DNA of 64,000 nt from Vicugna vicugna (Eukaryota), in the NCBI GenBank assembly GCA_013265495.1, contig MU058584.1, forward strand, positions 4,408,508 through 4,472,507. The letters run 5' to 3'. The translations under genes and the position numbers were made by a program. The notes beneath the pieces are model-generated. The model saw nothing but the letters and a program-made list of their open reading frames with translations. It did no database searches and was not told the origin of the DNA. Of the stretch, positions 54,001 through 60,346 are shown piece by piece. How positions within the stretch are numbered: the first letter of the stretch is position 1; each line of letters begins with the position of its first letter.

Positions 54001-56437
54001 GAGTGACAGGACTCCATGAGAACTGAAAATCAGAAAATTGGAAAACTACAACTATGGTCAACCTGGGTTTTGTTTGTCACCAACTTGCATTTAGTTTATT
54101 TAGGCTTTATGGCATAAATGGACATTTTTTTCCTCTTATTTTTGCATCATTGCAAATTTGTTGAGCACTGTTCTTCTGAGTGCAATGCAAAAAGGGATTA
54201 GATGCAGTTTCTGCTTTTAACGAGGATTAAAATTTTGTGTAGTAGGCGATTTTAAGATATTACAAGGGAACTCACAGCCTGATAATAGACTAGACCTAGA
54301 ATTTACCTTAATAGAGTGGAAAGAATCCTTTTTTTCATGAATAGTTTCAAATTGATAATGCAAACAAGATGGTAGGTAGAGGTGGAAAAGGAGACCAAAG
54401 TTTTCAGTTGGCTGTTAAGTGCTTCAGAATCCATTATTAGGACACAAATTCCTGATATGTTAATTATAAATCACTCATCTATTCATACAATATTCTCTTT
54501 TTTTTAAGTGTTCTCTTAGTGACTACATTTGAATTATACTGATGCTCGCTTTCTTGACTTACTGAATACAACTCAAAGTATTACTATTACAGTTTTATTT
54601 TTAATTAAAAAATACTTTATTGGTAAACAAGGCTAACTATTACCTGATAATGCAGGGTTGCCACAGATTTTCAATTTGTAAAAACTGCACTATCTGGGAA
54701 GCACAATAAAGCAAACTGCAATAAAATGAGGTACACCTGTATGTAAAAATATATATAGACTCCCCAGCAGCCCGGGAGACATTACCATACTGAGTGATTC
54801 AGCTAGCGGGGAGGGTATAACTCAAGTGGTAGAGCACATGCTTAGCATGCAGGACGCCCTGGGTTCAATCCCCTAATTACCTCCCCCCCGTAAAAAAATT
54901 TAAAAAGATGAAATCAAGTAACTAATAAAAAGGATTGCAACTTTGTTCTTTCATCACATTTCATATCCATTTTTTGTTTGTTTTCCTTTGTTCTTTGCTC
55001 TGTTTTTTTTAACACCTTTATTGTGCTATAATTCCTGTACAGTAAACTACACGTATTTCAGATGTACAATTTGATGAATTTTGATAGATGTATACACCTA
55101 TGAAACCACCACCACAATCAAGACAGCTAACATTTCCACCTCTCCCCAGGAGGTACAAATTTTGAACTCCTGATTTATCCCTTTCCATCCCCTTTACCGC
55201 CTGGTAACCATAAGCTTCTTTATATCGGTGAGTCTGTTTCTCTTTTGAACTACAGCTCTTTGAAAAGTAGTCTCTGATTTAGTCTTGTAATGAATGCAAA
55301 ACTAATCCCTCAAATAGTCTGTATTAGGGAGGTTTGATTACCTTCCTTCACTTGTACTGCATTTCCAAAGAGACTGCTGTCATACACATTGCATAGGGAA
55401 CATGAGTGTTAAGCAGCAGTACTCTATCAGATTATAATGGACAAATATAGAAAAACAGTGAACTGGAATATGCATAAGCCAGAAAGCTCTGGGGACACTT
55501 ACTCTCCACTATTGCACTTATGTAGTGGTTGAGGATCTCCACCAACTGCTCAGCCCCTCGGTCCATGTACATGGCTGTGCTGAACTTCTCAGTCATTGCA
55601 GTAAAACCTGGAACAAATATGCAGCTAGTTTCCATGGGTGCTTGGAGGAACCAAACAGAGCTAAGAGACGAGGACCACACTGGCGAGCAGCGGGCCTCCA
55701 CTTTTAAGAACTGGCTGGATTTCTTTTTAATGATCTTTGTGGCTGGTCAAGTGTCAGAGATGGGGCCTCTTCTATCTGCGTTTATTATTTTAGGGGTCAA
55801 GGAAAGGCACCAGATACCTTTTCCCTCCAAATTTCTCAACTTAGTACAGGGATGACTGCAGTTTCTTTAACTGGGTACAGAACTTCTAGTTCATGGTAAT
55901 GAAAACACACAAAATTCAAAGACTTCTGAAGAGGTGGCAAGTTTGCTGTCTCCAGAGAGACCGTTTCCTGAGGTCAGTTTTACCTGGGGGTGGTGTGGGG
56001 CTTGGGAGTTTTGAGTCAGTAAAGTTGGGACAGGGACACTGAAGCCTGAAGTTCTAGGCCTAGGACTCGGGCATCTTAAAGATTTGCCCATGACTGGACA
56101 TGCTGAGTAAGGGAAGACGAGAGCCAGGTCCACAGGTTATCCCTGCTCCCTCCTGTTTTCTCAGTAGGAACATTTGCGGGAACAGCACAACACCTCGAAA
56201 ATGCCACCCCCACTCTGCCATCAAGCTCTGCGTGTGGTTCCAACGCGAGCCTGTCCTTCACCCATGTTAAACATCCCTTGTGCGCTTGCCTGAAATATCA
56301 ACAAACATCAAGACGCCATCAAAATAATCCACAGAAGGTCGCTCTGGAGAGAAGTCTCCATAGACAATGAGGTCCGGTAAATGCGCTGCTATTTTGACGA
56401 TGGCTCGGTCCTGTGACTCTTCTCTTCGAGTGTTCAT
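1..56437 (-). CDS. ADCY10: Adenylate cyclase type 10 (soluble adenylyl cyclase, sAC); multi-exon CDS, 3' end runs off the window start
   Basis: 29 exons splice in phase into one ORF starting MNTRREESQDRAIVKIAAHLPDLIVYGDFSPERPSVDYFDGVLMFVDISGFTAMTEKFS. It contains the C1 and C2 cyclase domains, the P-loop GLSGYGKS and the C-terminal helical region, and matches the mammalian ADCY10 sequence as recalled. Confidence 0.99.
860..975 (-). CDS. ADCY10: ADCY10 exon 29 (116 nt)
   Basis: RYKQLIQVLGWLWDLSVAEEHIFSKAFFYFICLDIMLYS; GTGAGC donor. Confidence 0.96.
1483..1579 (-). CDS. ADCY10: ADCY10 exon 28 (97 nt)
   Basis: GSRAHKMWALLQNPDKHCLVLCWLSKSLFLKN; follows a 78-nt intron. Confidence 0.95.
1658..1862 (-). 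CDS. ADCY10: ADCY10 exon 27 (205 nt)
   Basis: IIKAYLDYSLHHHLAGYQGTWFKYEIMAIEHIFNLPEKRKSIEIVTYVAHALSYIKLLMGDLDLAIDL; GTAAGG donor. Confidence 0.96.
3250..4105. mobile_element. hAT-Charlie1-like DNA transposon relic
   Basis: Termini ggggtccctgagaccctttc... and ...aaggggtcctgggaccaaaatgtttgagaactgatg, typical of Charlie1. Confidence 0.6.
4242..4398 (-). CDS. ADCY10: ADCY10 exon 26 (157 nt)
   Basis: GKKRLAQLYQQTTCFSLLWQIYSLNYFFHYKYYSHLAAVMQVNTALETQDDFQ. Confidence 0.96.
4966..5310 (+). mobile_element. MaLR LTR (MLT1A/MST-like)
   Basis: tgctgtggtctgaatg...aaattcatatgttgaaattcta start; ccagcctttcagaactgtaagcaataaa...ataagccactcagtct end. Confidence 0.75.
5554..5670 (+). mobile_element. tRNA-Ala-derived SINE (Vic-1-like)
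   Basis: tRNA head plus aaataaacctaattacct tail; TSD agaaat(a/g)gctat. Confidence 0.85.
6041..6222. mobile_element. MER33-like hAT MITE (a similar copy lies near 61021-61145)
   Basis: ttgtcagattta...cagttaaatctgaatttc...tttaactagg...ctggccaccct. Confidence 0.6.
7344..7525 (-). CDS. ADCY10: ADCY10 exon 25 (182 nt)
   Basis: VCFNMGQMVIAKKMLRKALKLLNRIFPYNLISLFLQTHVEKNRHFHYINQNQQAQESSPP; GTAAGG donor. Confidence 0.96.
8031..8138 (-). CDS. ADCY10: ADCY10 exon 24 (108 nt)
   Basis: AYIYLNEGERMLKTLKKEKSWSKTFESATFYTLKGQ; GTAAGA donor. Confidence 0.96.
9069..9197 (-). mobile_element. tRNA-Ala-derived SINE (Vic-1-like)
   Basis: Full head and tail; TSD ggagactttcat at 9053 and 9205. Confidence 0.9.
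10259..10490 (-). CDS. ADCY10: ADCY10 exon 23 (232 nt)
   Basis: SFEEVREKILTFFDIVITRMRTSEEDITPLENCQCEEIVEIVIIPLAHHFLALGENNKALYYFLEIASAYLILGDNYM. Confidence 0.96.
10761..10830 (-). CDS. ADCY10: ADCY10 exon 22 (70 nt)
   Basis: TEEEITFSRIETLKKSEGFSGNP; ttttccag acceptor, GTACAT donor; phase 1 to 2 fits both neighbours; divergent sequence. Confidence 0.9.
10904..10994 (-). mobile_element. tRNA-Ala-derived SINE (short form)
   Basis: Head plus A tail; TSD ggattcctt at 10894 and 10999. Confidence 0.85.
11000..11385 (+). mobile_element. Old MaLR LTR (MLT1-like)
   Basis: 3' motif tgtgttagccactcagatgctggggtttgttata; boundaries approximate. Confidence 0.55.
11940..12560 (+). mobile_element. L2 LINE fragment
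   Basis: aaactcttcttgtcagg...gccaaatccaaagg...tacagactcacatatccaagtgcctcc...aattaacatgatccaaacggaactc. Confidence 0.7.
14378..14516. repeat. AT-rich degenerate (TA)n tract (a similar tract lies at 23313-23430)
   Basis: Low-complexity TATA/TACA repeats. Confidence 0.8.
16784..17074 (-). CDS. ADCY10: ADCY10 exon 21 (291 nt)
   Basis: ALGEEEELRELESEVIECHIIRFCRPMMQKTAYELWLKDQKKAMHLKCARFLEE...RKMARFHGFQ. Confidence 0.96.
17211..17489 (-). CDS. ADCY10: ADCY10 exon 20 (279 nt)
   Basis: EISLVQLDSMSLSHQMLVRCAAITGLTFTTELLFEILPCWNMKMM...SLSLRPTEGM; GTGAGT donor. Confidence 0.96.
18693..18821 (-). CDS. ADCY10: ADCY10 exon 19 (129 nt)
   Basis: RNFAMPTEEFKMFAFGYNKGNEEVCNLTSDVRLKNLSPPASLK; ctctag acceptor, GTAAAG donor. 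Confidence 0.94.
19300..20350 (-). mobile_element. L2 fragment(s) hosting the 5S retrocopy
   Basis: Purine-rich antisense L2 motifs (gcttcatggaggaggaagcattt, aagtttggactttattcc, agttttagaaagctaatact). Confidence 0.55.
19840..19933 (+). pseudogene. 5S rRNA retropseudogene, 3'-truncated (tailless)
   Basis: GTCTATGGCCATATACCACCCTGAATGTGCCCGA...GGAAGCTAAGCAGAGTCGGGCCTGGTTAGCACTTGGATGGGAGACC matches the first ~92 nt of mammalian 5S rRNA with CpG decay; flanked by direct repeats. Confidence 0.95.
20646..20959. other. Assembly gap (314 N) in intron 18
   Basis: N run flanked by poly-T. No exon appears to be missing, since exons 18 and 19 join in phase. Confidence 0.99.
20975..21473 (+). mobile_element. 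L1MC-like 3' end with A tail
   Basis: ttatgctgagtgaaaaa...atgacaaaattatagaaatggagaacaggttagtg...gggtacatagaatctctct, then poly-A. Confidence 0.75.
22505..22641 (-). CDS. ADCY10: ADCY10 exon 18 (137 nt)
   Basis: YLVEGSCGIPFYCEELLKNLDHHRVLVFQAVESEEKINVTWNNLF; GTAAGT donor. Confidence 0.96.
23494..23686 (-). mobile_element. tRNA-Ala-derived SINE with an expanded TA-rich tail
   Basis: TSD ttgcctagagttatt at 23479-23493 and 23687-23701. Confidence 0.88.
24310..24584 (-). CDS. ADCY10: ADCY10 exon 17 (275 nt)
   Basis: TVKEERIIFIIDEGQFIDPASWAFMEKLIRSVPVFIIMSL...RGIPKELD (Walker B-like IIDE); GTGAGT donor. Confidence 0.96.
26134..26244 (-). mobile_element. tRNA-Ala-derived SINE
   Basis: TSD caaagcctgat at 26123 and 26245. 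Confidence 0.88.
26360..27200 (-). mobile_element. L2 fragment
   Basis: aagctcacaatctcctgaggggg...gaggtgacattgaaggatgagtag...ttggtgatcatcaacatacag. Confidence 0.55.
27622..28121 (+). mobile_element. Solo ERV LTR (ERV1-like), about 500 bp
   Basis: TG...CA termini, 4-bp target-site duplication GAAG (27618-27621 and 28122-28125), AATAAA at 28003-28008, retained CpGs. Confidence 0.8.
28264..28350 (-). CDS. ADCY10: ADCY10 exon 16 (87 nt)
   Basis: FPISREVSKMSTSRKQKQLEALFMKILEQ; GTAAGA donor. Confidence 0.96.
28880..29072 (-). CDS. ADCY10: ADCY10 exon 15 (193 nt)
   Basis: RTIAIGLTKISFHQNFNTIQILMANVLGLDTCKHYKERQTNLQNKVKALLDEKFHCLLNDIFHVQ. Confidence 0.96.
29920..30361 (+). mobile_element. MaLR LTR (MLT1B/C-like)
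   Basis: ttatttgggaatagggtcattgcagatgtaatta...tttaagccacctagtgtgtggtactttgt...gcagctctagcaaac. Confidence 0.8.
31181..31334 (-). CDS. ADCY10: ADCY10 exon 14 (154 nt; P-loop)
   Basis: GRDKEIKYFMCSMKEFLMSNCSRVLMYEGLSGYGKSQILMEIEYLAQGENH; GTGAGT donor. Confidence 0.96.
32932..33115. repeat. Perfect 90-bp tandem duplication (2 copies plus GACT)
   Basis: 32932-33021 is identical to 33022-33111. Confidence 0.97.
34364..34788 (+). mobile_element. MER2-like TcMar-Tigger MITE, interrupted by a SINE
   Basis: Imperfect TIRs (caatcatcccttggtatccacagg / cctgcagatacagagggccaactg) with TA duplications at 34362-34363 and 34789-34790. Confidence 0.8.
34630..34716 (-). mobile_element. tRNA-Ala-derived SINE inside MER2
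   Basis: gaggtgctggggattgaaccctggaccttgtgtatgctaagcatgtgctctaccactgagctatatcc. Confidence 0.88.
34958..35100 (+). mobile_element. tRNA-Ala-derived SINE
   Basis: 17-bp TSD aagaagtctttgggtaa at 34941 and 35101. Confidence 0.9.
35304..35359 (-). CDS. ADCY10: ADCY10 exon 13 (56 nt; the exon skipped in truncated sACt)
   Basis: VMFGMAYLICNRNEGYPLLG; cttcag acceptor, GTAGGT donor. Confidence 0.95.
36244..36700 (+). mobile_element. MaLR LTR (MLT1G/H-like)
   Basis: tgtggtagattga...ttttggccaatgggatgttagcaaacatgac...ccactgaggttttgtg...gcaatattgtggca. Confidence 0.65.
37762..37951 (-). CDS. ADCY10: ADCY10 exon 12 (190 nt)
   Basis: VIGQKVNIAARMMMYYPGIVTCDSVTYSGSNLPAYFFKELPKKVMKGVADSGPVYQCLGLNEK (N412, R416); GTGAGT donor. 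Confidence 0.97.
38122..38297 (+). mobile_element. Young 5'-truncated L1 3'UTR (artiodactyl-type) with a 16-bp TSD
   Basis: TSD ttaaaatatacaggga at 38106-38121 and 38298-38313; gctgtacaccagaaattgacacaacattgtaaactgactataactcaataaaaaaa. Confidence 0.85.
39085..39220 (-). mobile_element. tRNA-Ala-derived SINE
   Basis: Full head and tail; TSD accctgta at 39072 and 39221. Confidence 0.88.
39772..39848 (-). CDS. ADCY10: ADCY10 exon 11 (77 nt)
   Basis: HTVSIGVASGIVFCGIVGHSVRHEYT; GTGGGC donor. Confidence 0.96.
40864..40982 (-). CDS. ADCY10: ADCY10 exon 10 (119 nt)
   Basis: GCSFLCVFGFPGEKAPDEVTHALESAVDIFDFCSQVHKI; GTGAGT donor. Confidence 0.96.
41464..41539 (+). mobile_element. Very short L1 3' end with a 14-bp TSD
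   Basis: TSD taaaaggattaaca at 41450-41463 and 41540-41553; same L1 tail motif as the 38122 copy. Confidence 0.75.
42790..43050 (+). mobile_element. MIR SINE (further MIR relics near 4690-4860, 25770-25945, 27215-27425, 38650-38870 and 61780-61980)
   Basis: gcatagtggttaagagcacagact...ctgggtttgaatcccagc...cctcatctgtaaaatggggacaacaacagtac. Confidence 0.8.
43174..43365 (-). CDS. ADCY10: ADCY10 exon 9 (192 nt)
   Basis: IDDKQLRGYLSELRPVTIMFVNLMFKDQDKAEVIGSAIQDACVHINSVLRVFRGQINKVFMFDK (C2 domain, K334). Confidence 0.97.
45772..45860 (-). CDS. ADCY10: ADCY10 exon 8 (89 nt)
   Basis: NLLRLACMLESDPELELSLQKYVMESILKQ; ctctcag acceptor, GTATCT donor. Confidence 0.96.
47140..47860 (+). mobile_element. 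MER21-like ERVL LTR
   Basis: Recalled MER21 motifs (tttatgctaatgagatgactca, ccaataaaaactctggac, tagccagttggtcagaagt); boundaries approximate. Confidence 0.7.
49185..49281 (-). CDS. ADCY10: ADCY10 exon 7 (97 nt)
   Basis: VNFLKPPSTFNFDEFFTKCMTFMDYYPSGNHK; cttag acceptor, GTAAGT donor. Confidence 0.96.
49670..50185 (+). mobile_element. L1MC-like 3'UTR fragment
   Basis: aggacattattgggaaaactggtgaaat...aatgttaattttctggttttgac...ggggaagctgggtaaggggtatatgg. Confidence 0.7.
50190..50335 (+). mobile_element. tRNA-Ala-derived SINE
   Basis: gggggaatagctcagtgggagagtgcatgcctagcatacatgaggccctgggttcaatccccagcac plus tail. Confidence 0.85.
51122..51327 (-). CDS. ADCY10: ADCY10 exon 6 (206 nt)
   Basis: GLAAGHITMLVFGDESRNYFLVTGQAVHDVRLAQNMAQMNDVILSPNCWQLCDRSMIEIERIPDQRAVK; GTAGGT donor. 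Confidence 0.97.
52795..52884 (-). mobile_element. tRNA-Ala-derived SINE (short form)
   Basis: ggaggtactggggattgaacccaggacctcgtgcatgcacactctaccactgagctataccc. Confidence 0.85.
53073..53216 (-). CDS. ADCY10: ADCY10 exon 5 (144 nt)
   Basis: GDALLALWKVERRQLKNIITVVIKCSLEIHGLFETQESEEDLDVRVKI including D99; ttcaag acceptor, GTAAGC donor. Confidence 0.96.
53421..53459 (-). CDS. ADCY10: ADCY10 exon 4 (39 nt)
   Basis: KVLIFGGDILKFAG including K95; tctcag acceptor, GTATGG donor. Confidence 0.96.
54580..54739 (+). mobile_element. Tigger1-like 3' terminal fragment
   Basis: gcagggttgccacagattttcaatttgtaaaaactgcactatctgggaagcacaataaagcaaactgcaataaaatgaggtacacctg followed by TA. Confidence 0.7.
54808..54905 (+). 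mobile_element. tRNA-Ala-derived SINE (internally deleted)
   Basis: ggggagggtataactcaagtggtagagcacatgcttagcatgcagg...ggttcaatcccctaattacctccccccc. Confidence 0.85.
55503..55607 (-). CDS. ADCY10: ADCY10 exon 3 (105 nt)
   Basis: GFTAMTEKFSTAMYMDRGAEQLVEILNHYISAIVE; ttccag acceptor, GTAAGT donor. Confidence 0.97.
56290..56437 (-). CDS. ADCY10: ADCY10 exon 2 coding part (148 nt; exon begins at 56495 with 58 nt of 5'UTR)
   Basis: ATG at 56437; MNTRREESQDRAIVKIAAHLPDLIVYG...LMFVDIS-G; acceptor ttttttag at 56496-56497; non-canonical GC donor G|GCAAGC. Confidence 0.96.
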
Positions 56438-57065
56438 GCTCAAGGGAAATGTTCAGGCTTTAATGGTCACAGCACACAGTCCCCAAATAGGCCTTCTAAA
56501 AAAGCAAAGCTGAGAATGGAGGCAATCTGACTTATATCCAGGCACCCACTTTCCTATTTCTTTTGCTCCATTTGCCTTATCTCACCTGTGGACTACTTAT
56601 TTGATTGACTGAATGGTGAAAATGGGTGAGCTGTTGAGTTATACTTAAAAAGGGCCAGTTTCCTATACAGAGGAGAACCCCTCGCACTCCAGGCCTCCAC
56701 CCCTGAACAGCTGTTATATTAATAAGCACCCCTACAAACAGCATGGGGGGAAAGGGGTAGCTGAACAGGTCCATCCATTTGCACAAAGAGCCTCTCAGGG
56801 TGCTAGTGCTGTGGTAGAGGGGCCCACGGCACTAATCCCTCAGACCAGGCCCCTCTTCCTTCTCTCCTCATGTTTCCTCCTTCCCTCCCCCTCTATTGAC
56901 ATGTCATCTTTTCTCTCTCCTTTTTGAAAATTAAAAAAGTATAAACATAAATTTATGTGTGTGAATATTTATGTAAAGGTGAGTAGCAAAGTGGAGTATT
57001 ATATATAAGTAAGAGAGTAAGGGAATTAGGATCTAGTTCTAAAGAAAGAGAGGTAAAGAATTCAA

Positions 57066-57069
<4 letters not shown>

Positions 57070-57103
<34 letters not shown>
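57070..57103. repeat. (TG)n microsatellite
   Basis: Uninterrupted TG run. Confidence 0.95.
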
Positions 57104-57105
<2 letters not shown>

Positions 57106-58247
57106 AAGGCTTTAAACTGTAAGTGGAATGTTGAAATTTTAATTTGTTACCTAGTTCTTTTTGAGAAAACTAGGATTTCCTAAGGCCTTTAGCTGCTGGA
57201 GCTAATGAGACACTCATGCCTGAATGTTGTCAAGACCATGCTCTACCACCCTGAACAGGAGTAGCATCTTGATTATTTTCAGAGCAATCCAAGTACCTGG
57301 AATAGGTGACAGAATTAAAAACAAAAAAGGGGGAACTGATACTCACCAACAGGGAGGAACTGGTTAGTAATTTCAACCAGACACAGGTCATGTTGGGGTA
57401 GACATGAGAGAATTAGAAGGAAAAAGTGAGACGATGAACATATCTTAGACTTCAGGGAAGCTTTTTTTTTTAAATCAGGGAAAACAGTATATTGGTATAG
57501 TTAACAAACTTTAAAATGGATAGAAACTTCTAAAAATGGGCACTAAATATTAGGTTTCATATAACCTTTAAAAGGAAAACCTTGGTAAACTCAAATATTA
57601 AGAAGCAAACAAAAGGTAGAAAGAAAAGCATACAACTAAGGTTAAAAAAAAGAGTATCATTAAACCACAGCATATGCCAGGAATAGACAATAGGTATCAA
57701 ATACATCCAATAAATAATTTCAGATAGTGAATTTGATAAGCACTATATGAACTTCTAAGAAGGATGAATGCCCAGAATGAGCTGAGACATAGGAAAAATG
57801 TTGAAGTTAAGAAAACCTGGAGGGAGTTTTAGACTTTATTGAAAGCAAGGTAATTTAGATGAACAAAGATGAAGCTTGACTATGATGTAATACACAGCTC
57901 TTCTTTTGTTTCTACCTTCTCCACTATGGAGAACTGAAAATATGACAACTGTTGGTAAGAAAGAATTGAAGTCTGTGATAAGAAAGTAGTGAAAAAGCCA
58001 TTTAAATTCAAGTAGCTATCCCCAGATAACCTACATCCACTGAAATATATAGAAAGAACTCACAGATGTGGTATCAGTAATCTCAAAAAATAATGGAGAA
58101 TGAGAAATGGGCTAGAAAACTAGGGATATTCTCTTCTGAATTTCAAAAGATGAGCCTACATGTGGATTCCAGAAAACACAGTCTGCTAAACATGATGTAT
58201 CAGTCTATATAAGCTAGATTTTGCATCATTAACAAATATCTCCAGCA

Positions 58248-58372
58248 GGGGGAGGATATAACTCAGTAGTAGAGTGTGCATTAGGTCCCAGGTTCAATCT
58301 TAGTACCTCCATTAAAAATAAGTAAACAAAATAAAACTTAATTATCTCCCCCCACAAAGGGAAAAAAAAACC
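58248..58372 (+). mobile_element. tRNA-Ala-derived SINE
   Basis: gggggaggatataactcagtagtagagtgtgc...ggttcaatcttagtacctcc plus tail. Confidence 0.8.
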
Positions 58373-58564
58373 CCCAAATAACCCCAACATCTCAGTGTCT
58401 TGAAATAACAAAGGCCTATTTTTGTTCATTTCTTGCTCATGCTACATGTTCATTGTAGGTTGGCTGAGGCCCTACTCCACTGTTGCCTTGATTTGGGACC
58501 CAGGCTGGGATATTCTGGTTGCCAAGGCAGTGGGAAAAGAGGGCAGACTACAGCAGCCTCATTC

Positions 58565-58970
58565 TTTTTTTTTTTTTTTTTTTTTTTTTAAAAATTTTTT
58601 TAAAATTTATTTTACAATGTCATATTTTTTAAACTGAAGTATAGGTGATGTACAATATTATATGTTATAGGCATACAATATAGTAATTCATAATTTTTAG
58701 AGGTTATACTCCATTTATAGTTATAAAATATTGGCTATATTCCCCATGTTGTCCAATACATCCTTATAGCTTATTTTATACCTGATAGTTTGTACCTCTT
58801 AATCCTCCACCTCCATCTTGCCCCTCCCCATCCCCTCTCCCCACCGGTAACCACTAGTTCCTGCTTTACCTCTGTGAGTCTGTTTCTTCTCTGTTATATT
58901 CACTAATTTGCTGTATTTTTTTAGATTCCACATGTAAGTGATATCTTACAATATTTGTCTTTCTCTGTCT
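58565..58970 (-). mobile_element. L1 3' end (antisense) with poly-T
   Basis: poly-T, then ataaaatattggctatattccccatgttgtccaatac...ttagattccacatgtaagtgatatc. Confidence 0.75.
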
Positions 58971-59979
58971 GGAGGGCAGACTCATTCTTAAAGTGTCCTC
59001 CCAGAAGTGACATATTTCACTTCCACTCAAATGACATTGGCCGAAGCAAGCTATGGGACACATCTAAGTTTACCTAAGTGGAAAGGTGCAATCCTACCAT
59101 GTGTGCAGCGGGAGAGAGCTGGAATACTTGTTGAGTTATCATACTTGGTAATATGCGAGCTCTTATATGAGTCAAAATGAATTTAGAGCCAAGCACAAAC
59201 TGGCCTTATTTTCTCTTTTGAAGATTTACTTAACTTTTAAATCAAGGGACTGCTGTAGACAAAGTATATCTTGACTTCAATAAGGCATTTGGCCAAACTT
59301 CTCACATCTTTGTGGTTAAGATACAAATTATAAAAGTGATGAAAATATAGTTAGCTGGTTAACAATGAGACCTCAAGGATTTGTGTTCTAGTGCCCACTC
59401 AGAGGGAAGCTTCCATGGGTGTGCTAGAGGACTCAGATAAAGATATAATTGGAAGGAGAGCTAATGTACTGAATGATAGAATCAGGATCTTAAAATCTTA
59501 ATCGACTAAAATAACAATGAAATTTCGGATGAATAAATGCAAAGTGTGCTGTACTTAGAATTTTAACAAAATCAAATGTTTAAGCATATGGTGTGAAAAA
59601 CTATATTTAACTGCAAACTCAGTGTTAACTTCTAAAAAACTTATTTATTGAAGCATAACATATGTGCAGAAAAATGCAAAATTCCTAAGTGTATAGCTTG
59701 ATGAATTATAAAGTGAACAAATCCATGTAGTTTCTACTTATATCAAGAAAGAACATGACCAGCACTACAAAAGCCCCTTTTACATGCCATCTCCCAGTCA
59801 CTCCCCCATTTCTTCCCAAAGGTAACCTGTCTCCTAATTTCTTACATCAAAGATCACCTTTACCTTATTTTTTAACTTTATGTAAATGGAATCAATATTA
59901 TATATATTCTTTTCTTTTTTTCTCAAATATTTGTGATGTTCATCCATGTTGTGTGTATATCAAGAATCATTCATTTGAA

Positions 59980-60063
59980 GGGGAGGGTATAGCTTAGTGG
60001 TAGAGCATGTGCTTAGCATGCATGAGGTTCTGGATTCAATCCTCAGGACCTCCATTAAAAAAA
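59980..60063 (+). mobile_element. tRNA-Ala-derived SINE (short form)
   Basis: Head plus A tail; TSD attcattt. Confidence 0.85.
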
Positions 60064-60278
60064 TTCATTTTCAGTGCTGTATAGTATTTCATCACTAGAT
60101 TATACACAAAGTATTTATCCATTCTACTATTGACCTATGGGTTGTTTCCAGTTTTAGGCTATTAGGAATAATGCTGCTAAGAACATTCTTGCTTGTGTGT
60201 GTTGGTGAACATATGTATGCATTTCATACATACACTTGGGCATATACCTTGGAGTGGAATTGCTGGGTCATAGGAGAT

Positions 60279-60346
60279 TATATCTATATCTATATCTATA
60301 TCTATATCTATATCTATATCTATATCTATATCTACACACACACACA
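60279..60346. repeat. (TATATC)n-(CA)n compound microsatellite
   Basis: About 9 TATATC units followed by a CA run. Confidence 0.95.

Larger units (their letters stand above)
57330..59620 (+). mobile_element. Fragmented CR1/L3 LINE relic (endonuclease to RT), interrupted by younger insertions
   Basis: Translated remnants ELILTNREELV (57333), LDFREA (about 57445), VDKVYLDFNKAF (59255) and NKCKV (about 59533), in CR1 ORF2 order. Confidence 0.7.

Noticed and set aside
16941..55855. Plus-strand ORFs overlapping exons (for example 17297-17632, 24403-24630, 55529-55855) as an antisense gene
   Set aside because: Shadow ORFs of the ADCY10 coding strand, with no coherent splice structure or recognisable homology
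1..56437. Possibility that this is an ADCY10 pseudogene or the ADCY10-like paralog
   Set aside because: All 29 exons are open and in phase, catalytic residues are intact, and the sequence closely follows canonical ADCY10
5554..60063. tRNA-Ala-like sequences as functional tRNA genes
   Set aside because: Degenerate stems, A-rich tails and target-site duplications show they are SINE insertions
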